Below the pieces are notes generated by a model. The model searched no databases. It had not been told where the DNA came from and was given only the letters and a program-made list of their open reading frames with translations. 64,000 nucleotides of DNA, taken from the IMG/VR virus record IMGVR_UViG_3300025389_001063. One strand, written 5' to 3'. Both the position numbers and the translations under genes were made by a program. This stretch comes from a virus (Duplodnaviria; Caudoviricetes). Below are positions 36,955 to 47,933 of the stretch, in pieces. The stretch's first letter is position 1. Each line of letters starts with the position of its first letter.

Positions 36955-39900
36955 GTGGTGGCTGTAACAGAGAAACTATTCACAAGTAGAGCAAAAGGTG
37001 TAGATGCTGATCTTTATGTAGGAGAAAAAGGTCGCTTATTCTACAACGAACCAGATGGTACAGGCATTGCTCCTATATTAAGATATAGTGATGGTGCTAC
37101 TGTTGGCGGTGTTCCCCTATTAGGTGGCACTGTAATTGTAAGTAATAATCCACCTAACAATCCAAATACTGGTGAGTTGTGGTTTGACAACCTCGATGGT
37201 AGATTATATGTTTTTTACGACAATACTTGGGTTGATACAAATCCTGCTAGTCAATATACTTTACTACCTGCTACAAATTCAAGTCTTGGTGGTGTTATAG
37301 TTGGTGGAAATATACAAGTCGATGTTAATGGAACAATTAGTGTAGACTTTACCGGACTTGCTACAGAAACTTATGTTAATACTGCTATTACAAATGCCTT
37401 CGAACAATATAATGATTTAGGTAACTTATCAGTTGGTGGTACAGATTTACAAACTATCTATGGTAGCGTTAATAATGCCGACATTGCTATAACACCTAGT
37501 GGTTCAGGATTATTACAAACTTCTGGTATAAGAGTAATTAATCCCCTACTACAGTCTCCACAAGTAGGTTCAATTGTATCGGCACAAAGTAGTATTGTTG
37601 CTAATATCGCTAACATTTATCTAGCAGCCATTTTAGATCACGGTGATGATGCTGATTTAGTTCCCCCAATTTATGGATTAACAAATGGTATCACTGGTGG
37701 TCCTTATACAGTTTATCAATTAGTTACTGCTCCTGTTATTACCCTACAAATTGGAGATATCATAGCAGGTCCTGCTATACCTGTTGGTAGCACTATTATC
37801 TATGTAGGTTCTGATACATACGCTGATATTATAATCACCAGCAGTAATTTCGCACCAGGGGCTACTTTACCTTATGCTGATCCTACTAACACTACTGTTC
37901 CAACTACAGTTTCTCGTGCTGTGGTTAATGCTGGATTAAGCATAGTTACACACCCTGATGTAGATATCACTCTAAATGCCGGTACTGGTGGACATATTGT
38001 TCCTCACAGTGACATTGTTCCTTTTACTACTAGTACATGGAATTTAGGAACAAGTGCTCGTAGATTTAAGGAAGTATGGTTAGGTGCTGGCACAATCTAT
38101 ATACAAGATGAAACGCTAGGAAACGACCAAGCAATCGGTGCTAGAGATGGATTAGTTTATATCGCAGGTGGTGCTGGACTTAAGGTTGGCGAGTTTACAT
38201 TAATAGATAATGAAATTAAAATTACAGATCCTACTAGAGATATTATAGTAGGTTCCATTACTGCTACTGGTAATGTTACATTTAATCGTCCATTACAGGT
38301 AGCAAACAATTCAGGTATCATAACATTCCAAGTTGAACGAGGCGGTAAGACTGATATTTTCTCTCCAGGCCTACCTTTGGGACAATCTGCTTTAAGTATT
38401 AATGCTACTATAGGTCGTAATGAATATGGATTAGTTTCTCCTCTCGGCGGCAGTCTTATTCATGCTACTGCTAAAGAAGGCTCTATTGGTTTTATAACTA
38501 TAGATAGTTTTTCTGATGTGGCTGGAGGAGGTGGCACCGCATTTGTTGGTCGTAGATTCCGCGGAACTGTTAGTAGTCCGGCAGCAGTTCAGCAGGGCGA
38601 CACTATGGCCGTATTTGCTACTAATGGGTATAACGGAACTGATATCAGAACAGGTGTAAGTAGTGCTCGAATAACATTCAAAGCGGCTGAAAACTTTAAT
38701 TCAACTTCACAATCAGCCTATACAGAATTTAGAAATCAAGTTGTTGGCACTGGTGTGGACGCTGTTTCTGCTATAATCGACGCAAATGGTTTAACTTTAC
38801 CTAGTGGTGCTTTAGGTGGAATTGGAAATGTTGGAATTACATTCCGTAATAACACAAGACAAATAACCGCACCAACTGTTATACCAAGTCAAACAGGATA
38901 TGCTGGATATTACTTAAGAACCGACGGCGTTGCTGGTGGTACAGATATTAATGGTAATACTACTTCGGGTACATTAAGTTGGCAACCTATTCCACAAGCG
39001 ATTGTTTATAAAGGTGCTTGGGATGCTAATGCTAACTCACCTAGTTTAAGTACTACAACCCCTACAGGATTACAAGCAGGTTGGGAATATTCAATTTCGA
39101 CTACTGGTACACAAGATATCGGTAGTGGTTCGCAAACATATAGTGCTGGTGGATTTGTTATCTTTAACGGATCAACATGGGAATATATACCACCAGTAAG
39201 TGGCGTTGTTAGTATAGAATTTGATAGTGGGTCAGCATATACCGGAAGTGTACAAGTACAAAGTTCAGATATTGTTAGCACTATAGATACTGGAGCATTG
39301 CCAATCAATAAATTAGCATCAAATTCAGTAACTGTTACAGCCGGTACTGGAATGAGCGGTGGTGGTACTGTTTCTCTAGGTGGATCGATTACATTAACTA
39401 ATGCTGGTGTTACAGGTATAACTGGTGGTACTGGTATTAGTGTTAATACAAGCACTGGATCTGTTACAGTTACTAACTCAGGTGTTACTAGCATATCTGC
39501 TACTAATCATATTTCAGTAAATAACAGCACAGGTTCTGTAACTGTTACATCAGATGCTACAAGCAATTCAACAGCAAATACCATAGCATTAAGAAATGGT
39601 GTAGGTGGGATTGACGCACAAGACTTTACTGCTACTCATGATGTAAGTGTATTAACTGACCATGGTGCCTTTAACTACGGAACTTTAAGTTATAGTGATA
39701 CTGGTATTATGGCTGATTTTAGTTATAGTACCATCCTCTATAATCAAGTAGTTGTACAAAATACTAATAGTGCTAATAGTGCTAGTGCCAATTATATTGT
39801 AAGTAACGACCAAGGAACAGCAAATACCTATTACGGTGAGTTAGGCATGAACTCCAGTACCTTTAGCGGTAGTGGTAGTCTTAATTTACCAAATGCTGTT

Positions 39901-41388
39901 TATCTTAACAGTGTATCAAGTGATTTAGTATTAGGTACGACAGGAACTTTACATTTTAATATTAATGGTACTGATGCTGCTTATATCAATAGTTCAGGTG
40001 TTGCTACATTTGCTAATACTATTCAAGGAACTATATCAAGCCTAAGTAATCATACTACAACTGATTTAGCAGAAGGTACTAACAAGTATTATACAGATTA
40101 TAGAGCCCGTCATGCTATCAGTGCTGGTGCTGGTATTAGTTACGATAATTCAACTGGTATTATTAGCAGCAATATTACTGTTGGGCCAACTGGTCCTCAA
40201 GGTCCTACTGGTCCAACTGGTGCTCCTAGTAATGTAACTGGTCCCACAGGATGGACTGGACCACAAGGTGCTGCTGGTACAAATGGAACCAATGGAGCCA
40301 CTGGACCTACAGGATGGACTGGACCACAAGGTGCTGCTGGTACAAATGGAACCAATGGAGCCACTGGACCTACAGGATGGACAGGACCACAAGGTGCTGC
40401 CGGCACAAATGGAACTAATGGAGCCACAGGACCTACTGGATGGACTGGACCTCAAGGTACACAGGGAAATGTTGGACCAACTGGTCCTATTGGTTGGACT
40501 GGACCACAAGGTGCTGCTGGTACAAATGGAACCAATGGAGCCACTGGACCTACAGGATGGACAGGACCTCAAGGCATACAAGGCGTAACTGGTCCCACAG
40601 GATGGACTGGACCACAAGGTGCTGCGTCAACAGTAACTGGTCCTACTGGATGGACTGGTCCTACTGGATGGACTGGACCACAAGGTGCTGCGTCAACAGT
40701 AACTGGTCCTACTGGATGGACTGGTCCTACTGGAGCAACTGGTCCTACTGGTGCTACTTATGTATTACCAACTGCTGGTGTTGGATCTGGAGGTACATTA
40801 GGTGGTGTTAAAGTTGATGGCACAAGTATTACTATTTCAAGTGGTGTTATAAGTGCTACAAGTAATGGTATAGGTGGTAATCAATTAGTATATGTATTAA
40901 ATTCTCAACAAACTATCGGAAATGCTAAAAATACATTATTAAGTTTATTTGGGTTAACTAACGGCGTTGTATTGGCCTCAAATACTCGCTATCAATATGA
41001 AATATTGTTTAATGCTCAATGTAACAAGGCTGGAGTATTAAGTTATGCTTTAGCACTAAGTGGTGGTGCTGTAGTAGCACAACATAACTACAATGTATTA
41101 TCTAACAAAACTACAACTATAGATACCTATACTGCCGGTGTTACTATGATGAGTTTGAACGCAACTGGTGCTACAATTACTACAGCACAAACAGTAGCCG
41201 ACACCGCAACATTTACTCACACTATAATACAAGGGACTATTGATGTAACTACTGGCGGTAATGTTAATTTTATGGTAAGTCAAGATCAAAATACTCCAGT
41301 AACTTGGACTATAAATGCCGGGTCTTATATCAAATTATTACCGTTAGGTGCTATTGGTGCTAACACAGTTGATGGTACTTGGTCATAA
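36955..41388 (+). CDS. Long tail fibre with a collagen-like (Gly-X-Y) segment
   Basis: 1477 aa; fibre-type N-terminus; VTSITAGTGI-type stalk repeats; about 190 aa of Gly-X-Y; C-terminal beta domain. Confidence 0.8.
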   Translation: MVAVTEKLFTSRAKGVDADLYVGEKGRLFYNEPDGTGIAPILRYSDGATVGGVPLLGGTVIVSNNPPNNPNTGELWFDNLDGRLYVFYDNTWVDTNPASQYTLLPATNSSLGGVIVGGNIQVDVNGTISVDFTGLATETYVNTAITNAFEQYNDLGNLSVGGTDLQTIYGSVNNADIAITPSGSGLLQTSGIRVINPLLQSPQVGSIVSAQSSIVANIANIYLAAILDHGDDADLVPPIYGLTNGITGGPYTVYQLVTAPVITLQIGDIIAGPAIPVGSTIIYVGSDTYADIIITSSNFAPGATLPYADPTNTTVPTTVSRAVVNAGLSIVTHPDVDITLNAGTGGHIVPHSDIVPFTTSTWNLGTSARRFKEVWLGAGTIYIQDETLGNDQAIGARDGLVYIAGGAGLKVGEFTLIDNEIKITDPTRDIIVGSITATGNVTFNRPLQVANNSGIITFQVERGGKTDIFSPGLPLGQSALSINATIGRNEYGLVSPLGGSLIHATAKEGSIGFITIDSFSDVAGGGGTAFVGRRFRGTVSSPAAVQQGDTMAVFATNGYNGTDIRTGVSSARITFKAAENFNSTSQSAYTEFRNQVVGTGVDAVSAIIDANGLTLPSGALGGIGNVGITFRNNTRQITAPTVIPSQTGYAGYYLRTDGVAGGTDINGNTTSGTLSWQPIPQAIVYKGAWDANANSPSLSTTTPTGLQAGWEYSISTTGTQDIGSGSQTYSAGGFVIFNGSTWEYIPPVSGVVSIEFDSGSAYTGSVQVQSSDIVSTIDTGALPINKLASNSVTVTAGTGMSGGGTVSLGGSITLTNAGVTGITGGTGISVNTSTGSVTVTNSGVTSISATNHISVNNSTGSVTVTSDATSNSTANTIALRNGVGGIDAQDFTATHDVSVLTDHGAFNYGTLSYSDTGIMADFSYSTILYNQVVVQNTNSANSASANYIVSNDQGTANTYYGELGMNSSTFSGSGSLNLPNAVYLNSVSSDLVLGTTGTLHFNINGTDAAYINSSGVATFANTIQGTISSLSNHTTTDLAEGTNKYYTDYRARHAISAGAGISYDNSTGIISSNITVGPTGPQGPTGPTGAPSNVTGPTGWTGPQGAAGTNGTNGATGPTGWTGPQGAAGTNGTNGATGPTGWTGPQGAAGTNGTNGATGPTGWTGPQGTQGNVGPTGPIGWTGPQGAAGTNGTNGATGPTGWTGPQGIQGVTGPTGWTGPQGAASTVTGPTGWTGPTGWTGPQGAASTVTGPTGWTGPTGATGPTGATYVLPTAGVGSGGTLGGVKVDGTSITISSGVISATSNGIGGNQLVYVLNSQQTIGNAKNTLLSLFGLTNGVVLASNTRYQYEILFNAQCNKAGVLSYALALSGGAVVAQHNYNVLSNKTTTIDTYTAGVTMMSLNATGATITTAQTVADTATFTHTIIQGTIDVTTGGNVNFMVSQDQNTPVTWTINAGSYIKLLPLGAIGANTVDGTWS
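40258..40740 (+). repeat. Collagen-coding tandem repeats (63-bp and 66-bp units)
   Basis: 63-bp unit ([21 protein letters not shown]) at 40258, 40321, 40384 and 40501; 66-bp unit ([20 protein letters not shown]) at 40609 and 40675. Confidence 0.9.
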
Positions 41389-41433
41389 TTAAAGCAAGTT
41401 AGATAACTGTACAACTTACCCATAAATATTTTT

Positions 41434-42057
41434 ATGAGAGTAAGCAAAGCCCAATTTACTAATGATCCAAGTATTAGAAACGCAATTAGTGTTGATAGCG
41501 TTCTTTCACTTGACATGAAATACTTTGATAAAGAAGGTTTTGAACTCAACAAACTCGAGCAGGCATATTACAAAGTTAATAGCATACACATTGGACATAC
41601 CCTATATCACATCTGTTGCCAACAAGAATGGATAATAGGATCTTATGAACCTCTACAAGGTCCTTACTTTGATCATTGTATGATCTTAACAAGATTTGAT
41701 TATCAAGGTGCTGCTCGTGAACAATTAGAGAAATTTACTCCAAGAAGACCATGCCTAAACAAACTACTAAAAATAAAACCAAAGTATGGCGTTGATGTTA
41801 GCATGGAATATCAATGGCCGGATGGTGATATCTCAGAAATCTTCCATATTGAAATAGATCGTTATAGTAAAGACGAAATACTAGAGTGGAAAGAAAAATT
41901 AGAAAACATTGTTCTTAATACCGATTGGGCAGATGCTATGAACAGCATCATGCTTCGCAAATCAGAATGGGAACTAATGAACGCCGATGATCAAAGTGAT
42001 TGGCGTTGTCAATTTTTAGGATTACCTAGAGCATACGATACAATTAAGGTTTTATAA
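41434..42057 (+). CDS. Hypothetical protein
   Basis: 207 aa; ATAAATA(41422-28) only 5 nt before ATG. Confidence 0.6.
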   Translation: MRVSKAQFTNDPSIRNAISVDSVLSLDMKYFDKEGFELNKLEQAYYKVNSIHIGHTLYHICCQQEWIIGSYEPLQGPYFDHCMILTRFDYQGAAREQLEKFTPRRPCLNKLLKIKPKYGVDVSMEYQWPDGDISEIFHIEIDRYSKDEILEWKEKLENIVLNTDWADAMNSIMLRKSEWELMNADDQSDWRCQFLGLPRAYDTIKVL

Positions 42058-43228
42058 TTTCCACAAGAGCATTTACTAAATCTTCAATCATAGCATCAGT
42101 GTGAAGTGGTGTTGGAGCAAATCTTAATCTTTCAGATCCCACAGGAACAGTAGGATAATTAATGCACTGAGAATATATATCATAATCATTTAATAATCTA
42201 TCACTTATCTCTTTACATTTTTTTGCATCATTAACCATAACTGGAACAATGTGAGTTTCATTTTTTAATAATGTTATTCCTGCGTCTCTTAATTTATTCT
42301 TTAAGGTACTAGCACGTTCTTGATGTTTAATTCGTAATTCATTATGTTCTTTTAAGTATTTAACACTCGCCATTGCTCCAGCACAAAGCACAGGGCTTAT
42401 TGATGTTGTAAAAATGAAACCGTTAGCGAGACTCCTAATGCTGTCAATGACAACATTATCAGCAGCAATATAACCGCCACCCACTCCATAAGCCTTTCCC
42501 AAAGTTCCGTTAATAATGTCAATGCGTTTCTGAAGACCATACTTTTCACTTTTTCCTCCTCCTGTCTCTCCGTATAAACCAACTGCATGAACTTCGTCGA
42601 GATATGTGATAGCACCGTACTTGTCTGCTAAATCACATATCTCTCTCAAATTACTCACATACCCATCCATGCTATACACTGACTCAAATACTATACAAGG
42701 TGTTCCTTTAATTTCTTTTAATACATCTTCTAAATGGTTCATGTCATTGTGATTATAAATCACCTTCGGTGCTCTACTGTGACGCATACCTTCAATCAAT
42801 GAATTATGATTCTTACTGTCTGATACAAACACAATATCTTTTACAATTTTACTCAGAGCAATTAATGCCCATTCATTTGCTACATAAGCACTACTGAACA
42901 ACAAAGCCCGTTCTTTACTATGTAATCCTGCTAATTCATGTTCTAGGGCAACATGATAATGAGTAGTACCTGCTATGTTTCTTGTGCCACCACTACCTGC
43001 ACCAACAGCATCTAATGCTGTTCGCATAGCATCTAGCACTACTTTATGCTGACCCATTCCAAGATAATCATTAGAACACCAATTCACTATTTTTTTAATA
43101 CAATAGGGACCATACCAAAGAGCATGTGGATAATCTCCACACTCTCTTAATATATCGTTAAAAACTCTATACTTGCCCGCAAACTTTAAATCTGTTATAG
43201 TTTGTTCAAATAGACTTTTGTTAATCAT
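42044..43228 (-). CDS. hemA: 5-aminolevulinate synthase (PLP-dependent, Shemin pathway)
   Basis: [49 protein letters not shown] (PLP Lys), NYPTVP.G.ERLR; likely start MINKS at 43228. Confidence 0.9.
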   Translation of the reverse strand: MINKSLFEQTITDLKFAGKYRVFNDILRECGDYPHALWYGPYCIKKIVNWCSNDYLGMGQHKVVLDAMRTALDAVGAGSGGTRNIAGTTHYHVALEHELAGLHSKERALLFSSAYVANEWALIALSKIVKDIVFVSDSKNHNSLIEGMRHSRAPKVIYNHNDMNHLEDVLKEIKGTPCIVFESVYSMDGYVSNLREICDLADKYGAITYLDEVHAVGLYGETGGGKSEKYGLQKRIDIINGTLGKAYGVGGGYIAADNVVIDSIRSLANGFIFTTSISPVLCAGAMASVKYLKEHNELRIKHQERASTLKNKLRDAGITLLKNETHIVPVMVNDAKKCKEISDRLLNDYDIYSQCINYPTVPVGSERLRFAPTPLHTDAMIEDLVNALVEIIKP

Positions 43229-43256
43229 TGTATTACTTATTAATAAATATTGTCTC
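43229..43256. promoter_or_regulatory. Back-to-back late-type promoters, both near-leaderless
   Basis: Minus strand ATAAGTA(43240-34)-N5-ATG(43228); plus strand ATAAATA(43243-49)-N7-ATG(43257). Confidence 0.55.
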
Positions 43257-43853
43257 ATGAAATCGTTTGTGATATATCTTCCGGGTCATACCCTAACTGA
43301 AGAACACTTGCCCACTTTACAAAAAAGTGCTAAAAAACACAATTGGAATGTTGAACTCTTTGAAGGTATAGATGGTAGAAAAGTTCCTTTTACACATAAG
43401 ATAGATCATAGATATCCCAAAGCAGTTTCTGAATTAGAAAGACCCGGAGTTCGTGGTTGTTTTATGAGTCACTATCTACTTTGGAAGAAATGTTTAGAAT
43501 TAAATGAAACAATTGGCATCTTTGAAAGCGATATTATCTTTTATAAAAGTCCGCCATTACTAACAAAAGAATACGACCTTGTAAAATTAGATGGATTTAA
43601 GAGAGCCAAACCTGCGTCTACAGGTAATTGGCATAAAGGTGCTCATGCTTATATCTTACACCCAAGTGGTGCTAAAAAAATGGTAGATTGGACAGACACC
43701 TGGGGAGCCAGTCCAGCAGACTTTATGTTAGGTAACAAGGTTGTTAATATGAAATATGATTATGATGAACGAGTTAAATTAGCCAATCTAGGTTCTAGTC
43801 TTACTAGGAATTTAGAAGAAGAGATGTTAAACTTACAAAATAAGGAGATATAA
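43257..43853 (+). CDS. Glycosyltransferase family 25-like
   Basis: [36 protein letters not shown] motifs. Confidence 0.8.
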   Translation: MKSFVIYLPGHTLTEEHLPTLQKSAKKHNWNVELFEGIDGRKVPFTHKIDHRYPKAVSELERPGVRGCFMSHYLLWKKCLELNETIGIFESDIIFYKSPPLLTKEYDLVKLDGFKRAKPASTGNWHKGAHAYILHPSGAKKMVDWTDTWGASPADFMLGNKVVNMKYDYDERVKLANLGSSLTRNLEEEMLNLQNKEI

Positions 43854-44111
43854 ATGAGTCGTGTTTATGGCCCAGAAGAAAAGGCAAAATTATTAAGCGT
43901 TATTGATCAAGGTGTTGCTGTACTACAAGAAGTTGACGACCTAAAAGGTGGACTTCGTGATACTATTAAGGCAATTGCTGAAGAATTAGATATTAAACCA
44001 AGTTTACTTTCAAAAGCAGTTAATGTTGCTTATAAGCGTAATTGGGGTGAGGCTCAGTCAGAGATGGAAGAACTAGAAAACATTCTAGTTACAACAGGTC
44101 GAGATCATTGA
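43854..44111 (+). CDS. DsbA/GapR-like dsDNA-binding protein
   Basis: Helical KLLSVI...LQEVDDLKGGLRDTIKAIAEELDIKP pattern. Confidence 0.55.
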   Translation: MSRVYGPEEKAKLLSVIDQGVAVLQEVDDLKGGLRDTIKAIAEELDIKPSLLSKAVNVAYKRNWGEAQSEMEELENILVTTGRDH

Positions 44112-44332
44112 CTTCAGGTGAGAAGCCATATCAGTGGTTAGCGTGGATTGGAACTGTTTGTGTTCTAATTTCTTCCTTTATGGCTTCTCGTAATCTTTAT
44201 CCGTGGTATGCCTATGGTTATATATTTTCTAATTTTATTTGGATACTCATAGGCATTCTTTGGAAAGAAAAAACTATTATTACTATCAATACTGGTGTTA
44301 ATATTATATACATTGCTGGTCTTTTTAGATAA
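44108..44332 (+). CDS. Small three-TM membrane protein (PnuC/SemiSWEET-like half unit)
   Basis: Three hydrophobic segments; TTG start. Confidence 0.5.
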   Translation: MTSGEKPYQWLAWIGTVCVLISSFMASRNLYPWYAYGYIFSNFIWILIGILWKEKTIITINTGVNIIYIAGLFR

Positions 44333-44334
44333 GA

Positions 44335-44386
44335 GTCGTTGCCTTAAGCAACATGTAGACGGTATGCGAGCCATAAGTCGCGGGAG
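44335..44386 (+). promoter_or_regulatory. Structured 5' leader of the DNA polymerase gene
   Basis: GTTGC-CTTAA-GCAAC hairpin flanked by GTC/GAC, then GCGA-N8-TCGC abutting the GGGAG SD. Confidence 0.4.
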
Positions 44387-44392
44387 TAACTA

Positions 44393-47062
44393 ATGTCATA
44401 TGTGGATGGAATTTTTGATAGAACAAATGATCAAATTAAAATTGTTGAGAGAGTAGACGGCAAGAGACATTATAAAGAATATCCTGCTCGTTATGTCTTT
44501 TATTATCCAGATGCTAAAGGTAAGTACGAAAGCGTATATGGAGAAAAGTTAAGTCGTGTTAGTGCTCGCAATCAGAAGGACTTTCACAAAGAACTTAAAA
44601 TACATTCTGGAAAAAGAATGTACGAAAGCGACATTAATCCGATTTTCAAATGTTTAGAAGAACACTACTTAAACATAGATGCCCCGGAGTTACACATTGC
44701 GTTTTTCGATATTGAGACTGATTTTGATCCTGAGCGAGGCTTTGCTGATCCTAGTGACCCTTTTATGGGTATCACTGCCATTTCGGTACATCTTAAATGG
44801 TTAAACAGATTAGTAACACTTGCTGTTCCTCCTAAAGGATTAACAGTAGAACAAGCACAAGAACAATGTGCTGAATTTGAAGATTGTTTTATATTTGCTC
44901 GTGAAGCAGATATGCTAGAAACATTCCTTGATTTAATAGATGACGCAGATATATTAAGTGGTTGGAATTCGGAAGGTTACGACGTTCCTTATACTGTTAA
45001 TCGAGTAGCAAGAGTCTTAAGCAAAGAAGATACTAGACGTTTCTGCTTGTGGGATCAATTTCCCAAGAAACGAGAATTTGAAAAGTACGGACGTCAAATG
45101 GTTACATATGACTTTGTTGGTCGCGTACATCTTGACAGTCTTGAACTTTATAGAAAATACACTTATGAAGAAAGACATACATATCGACTTGATGCTATCG
45201 GTGAGATGGAAATAGGCGAACGTAAAACTGTTTACGAAGGCACACTTGATCAACTTTATAACAATGACTTTAGAACATTTATTGAATATAACAGGCAAGA
45301 CGTCGCACTACTTAACAAACTTGATGACAAATTAAGATTTATTGATTTGAGTAACGAACTTGCTCATGCTAACACCGTTCTACTTCAAACAACTATGGGT
45401 GCCGTTGCTGTTACTGAACAAGCAATTATAAATGAGGCTCATCGTCGAGGACTAATTGTTCCTAATCGTCCAAAGCGTGATGAAAGCGAAAATACACAAG
45501 CCGCAGGTGCTTATGTCGCTTATCCAAAAAAGGGATTACACGATTGGATCGGCAGTATGGATATTAACTCACTGTATCCAAGTGCTATTAGAGCATTGAA
45601 CATGGCTCCAGAAACAATCATTGGTCAGTTACGTCCGGAACATACAGACGAATACATCGAAACACAAATGAGATTACATAAGAAATCATTTGCTGCGGCA
45701 TGGGAAGGTCGATTCTCTACTTTTGAATATGATTGGGTTATGGATAAAGACAAAGGCAAAGAAATTACTGTTGATTGGGAGAATGGTGAATCAACTGTAA
45801 TGAGTGGAGCAGAGATTTATAAACTAATCTTTGATAGTCATAATCCTTGGATGATTACTTCCAATGGCACAATCTTTACACATGAGTTTGAAGGTGTTAT
45901 TCCTGGACTTCTAAAGCGTTGGTATGCCGAACGTAAAGAACTTCAGGCAAAGGCCAAAGAAGCATTAAAAGCAGATAACAAAGTAGAACATGCTTTTTGG
46001 GATAAGCGTCAGTTAGTTAAAAAGATTAACTTGAACAGTTTGTATGGTGCTATTCTTAATGCTGGTTGTCGTTTCTTCGATAAGCGTATTGGACAATCAA
46101 CTACTCTTGTTGGTAGGCAGGTTGCTAAACATATGGCATCAAAAGTTAATGAGATTGTAGCAGGAGAATATGATCACATTGGTAAGGCTATTATATATGG
46201 TGATACCGACTCTGTTTATTTCTCAGCATACAATGTCTTAAAGAAAGATATTGAGGCTGGAAACATTCCCTGGAGTAAAGATAATGTTATTAGCCTCTAT
46301 GATCAAATATCAGATGAAGTAAATGGAACATTCTCCAACTTCATGCTAAATGCCTTCCACTGTCCAAAGAGTCGCGGTGAAGTTATTAAGGCTGGTCGTG
46401 AAATTGTTGCCAGCAAAGGCTTGTTCATTACTAAAAAGCGTTATGCTGTTCTTTATTATGATTCAGAAGGCAAGAGATATGACGTTGATGATAAACCAGG
46501 CAAGATCAAGGCAATGGGCTTAGACCTTAAGAGATCAGATACCCCAGAGTTCATGCAAGACTTTTTAAGTAAGATCCTTGATCGCGTTCTAAATAATGCC
46601 AAGGAGGAAGAAATTCTTGATATGATTACACAATTTAGAATAGACTTTAAGAGTAGACCTGGATGGGAAAAAGGTTCTCCAAAGAGAGCAAACAATATTA
46701 CCGAATATATGAAGAAAGAACAAAAGGCCGGTAAGGCAAATATGCCGGGACATGTTAGAGCAAGTCTTAATTGGAATACTCTTAAGAAGATGTATAACGA
46801 TAACTATTCCATTACTATCAGTGACGGTTCAAAAGTTATTGTTTGTAAACTAAAACATAACCCAATGGGCTTTACATCTGTTGCGTATCCAGTTGACGAG
46901 CTAAGACTACCACAGTGGTTTAAAGATTTACCATTTGATGATGCTAGTATGGAAGCAGCAATTATCGATGCTAAACTAGACAACCTTATTGGCGTTCTAG
47001 AATGGAATCTTACGAGTACATCTGAATCTACAACGTTCAATAAATTATTTGCTTTTGACTGA
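44393..47062 (+). CDS. Family B DNA polymerase (T4 gp43-like)
   Basis: Exo I FDIETD; DINSLYPS; KINLNSLYG; YGDTDS; KKRY. Confidence 0.95.
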   Translation: MSYVDGIFDRTNDQIKIVERVDGKRHYKEYPARYVFYYPDAKGKYESVYGEKLSRVSARNQKDFHKELKIHSGKRMYESDINPIFKCLEEHYLNIDAPELHIAFFDIETDFDPERGFADPSDPFMGITAISVHLKWLNRLVTLAVPPKGLTVEQAQEQCAEFEDCFIFAREADMLETFLDLIDDADILSGWNSEGYDVPYTVNRVARVLSKEDTRRFCLWDQFPKKREFEKYGRQMVTYDFVGRVHLDSLELYRKYTYEERHTYRLDAIGEMEIGERKTVYEGTLDQLYNNDFRTFIEYNRQDVALLNKLDDKLRFIDLSNELAHANTVLLQTTMGAVAVTEQAIINEAHRRGLIVPNRPKRDESENTQAAGAYVAYPKKGLHDWIGSMDINSLYPSAIRALNMAPETIIGQLRPEHTDEYIETQMRLHKKSFAAAWEGRFSTFEYDWVMDKDKGKEITVDWENGESTVMSGAEIYKLIFDSHNPWMITSNGTIFTHEFEGVIPGLLKRWYAERKELQAKAKEALKADNKVEHAFWDKRQLVKKINLNSLYGAILNAGCRFFDKRIGQSTTLVGRQVAKHMASKVNEIVAGEYDHIGKAIIYGDTDSVYFSAYNVLKKDIEAGNIPWSKDNVISLYDQISDEVNGTFSNFMLNAFHCPKSRGEVIKAGREIVASKGLFITKKRYAVLYYDSEGKRYDVDDKPGKIKAMGLDLKRSDTPEFMQDFLSKILDRVLNNAKEEEILDMITQFRIDFKSRPGWEKGSPKRANNITEYMKKEQKAGKANMPGHVRASLNWNTLKKMYNDNYSITISDGSKVIVCKLKHNPMGFTSVAYPVDELRLPQWFKDLPFDDASMEAAIIDAKLDNLIGVLEWNLTSTSESTTFNKLFAFD

Positions 47063-47077
47063 GAACCTAAGTATAAT
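47049..47077 (+). promoter_or_regulatory. Sigma70-like promoter
   Basis: TTGCTT-N17-TATAAT. Confidence 0.6.
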
Positions 47078-47097
47078 ATGAACATATGGAGAATGAA

Positions 47098-47829
47098 ATG
47101 TTAGACTTTTTAAGAGATTTAGTTCAACACACCCACTCACTAGGTGTTATTGACCTTGTAAAGATTACAGGCACAAAAGATTCAACTGCTATTGACGCAA
47201 TGGCAGAGAATAGAACAGTTATTGTTCAGGCAGAAACAAAGAATCCAGTTAAGGAAGTAAGTGGTACATTTGGTATGCCTAACCTTAACAAGTTAGACTT
47301 ACACTTAAAGAATCCAGAGTATAAAGAAGGTGCTCATATTGAAGTTGTTTGGGATAAGCGTAACGGAGAAGATACACCAGTTGAAATACTTTTTGAAAAT
47401 GCTGCTGGCGACTTTAAGAATGAATATAAGTTAATGGGTCAAGCACTTATCAATGAGAAACTAAAGACTGTTAAGTTCAAGGGTGCTACTTGGCAAGTTG
47501 AGTTTGAACCAAGCGTTACAAGTATTGCTCGTATGAAATTACAGGCTGCGGCACATACAGAGGAATCAGTATTCCTTGTTAAGACAGACAACAATGATCT
47601 TAAAGTGTTCTTTGGTGATGCTAGTACACACGAAGGTAGTTTTGTATTCCAACCAGGTATTACAGGTAAACTAAAACAGAATTGGTCTTATCCAATTGCT
47701 CAATTTATTAGCATACTTGGCCTAGGTGGCGACAAGACTATTAAGTTCAGTGACGACGGTGTTGCTCTTATTACTGTTGACAGTGGACTTGCTGTTTACA
47801 ACTATTACATTCCGGCACAAACAAAATGA
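47098..47829 (+). CDS. Putative sliding clamp (gp45/PCNA-like)
   Basis: About 245 aa, directly after the polymerase, alpha/beta pattern; clamp loader present in window; alternative start at 47086. Confidence 0.6.
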   Translation: MLDFLRDLVQHTHSLGVIDLVKITGTKDSTAIDAMAENRTVIVQAETKNPVKEVSGTFGMPNLNKLDLHLKNPEYKEGAHIEVVWDKRNGEDTPVEILFENAAGDFKNEYKLMGQALINEKLKTVKFKGATWQVEFEPSVTSIARMKLQAAAHTEESVFLVKTDNNDLKVFFGDASTHEGSFVFQPGITGKLKQNWSYPIAQFISILGLGGDKTIKFSDDGVALITVDSGLAVYNYYIPAQTK

Positions 47830-47933
47830 CCGAATTCGAGTTGCTTTATATCGGAACACCTATTGTATTAATAGTACTAGCAGGTATTATTATTTTAATA
47901 TGCTATCTGCTAGAGAAAAAAGGACTTTTATGA
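47826..47933 (+). CDS. 35-aa single-TM membrane peptide (not in the ORF track)
   Basis: MTEFELLYIGTPIVLIVLAGIIILICYLLEKKGLL; ATGA overlaps with both neighbours. Confidence 0.6.
   Translation: MTEFELLYIGTPIVLIVLAGIIILICYLLEKKGLL

Noticed and set aside
40258-40740. CRISPR-like or non-coding repeat array
   Set aside because: Units are contiguous, multiples of 3, lack unique spacers and encode in-frame Gly-X-Y; the overlapping alternative-frame ORFs are by-products.
28858-44332. Complete NAD+ reconstitution (NARP) pathway from the NMNAT-like gene plus the PnuC-like peptide
   Set aside because: No Nampt or PRPP-synthetase-like partner in the window, and the two genes are 15 kb apart; kept only as a hypothesis for the HIGH-motif enzyme.
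44393-47062. Intein or intron in the DNA polymerase (also ClpA and ThyX)
   Set aside because: Lengths and motif spacing are normal; no C...HN intein ends or LAGLIDADG/HNH motifs seen.
47726-47929. N-terminal extension of the TGT-like ORF as given in the track (581 aa)
   Set aside because: It overlaps the clamp gene and a coupled 35-aa ORF; ATG 47930 has an AGGA SD and an ATGA overlap.
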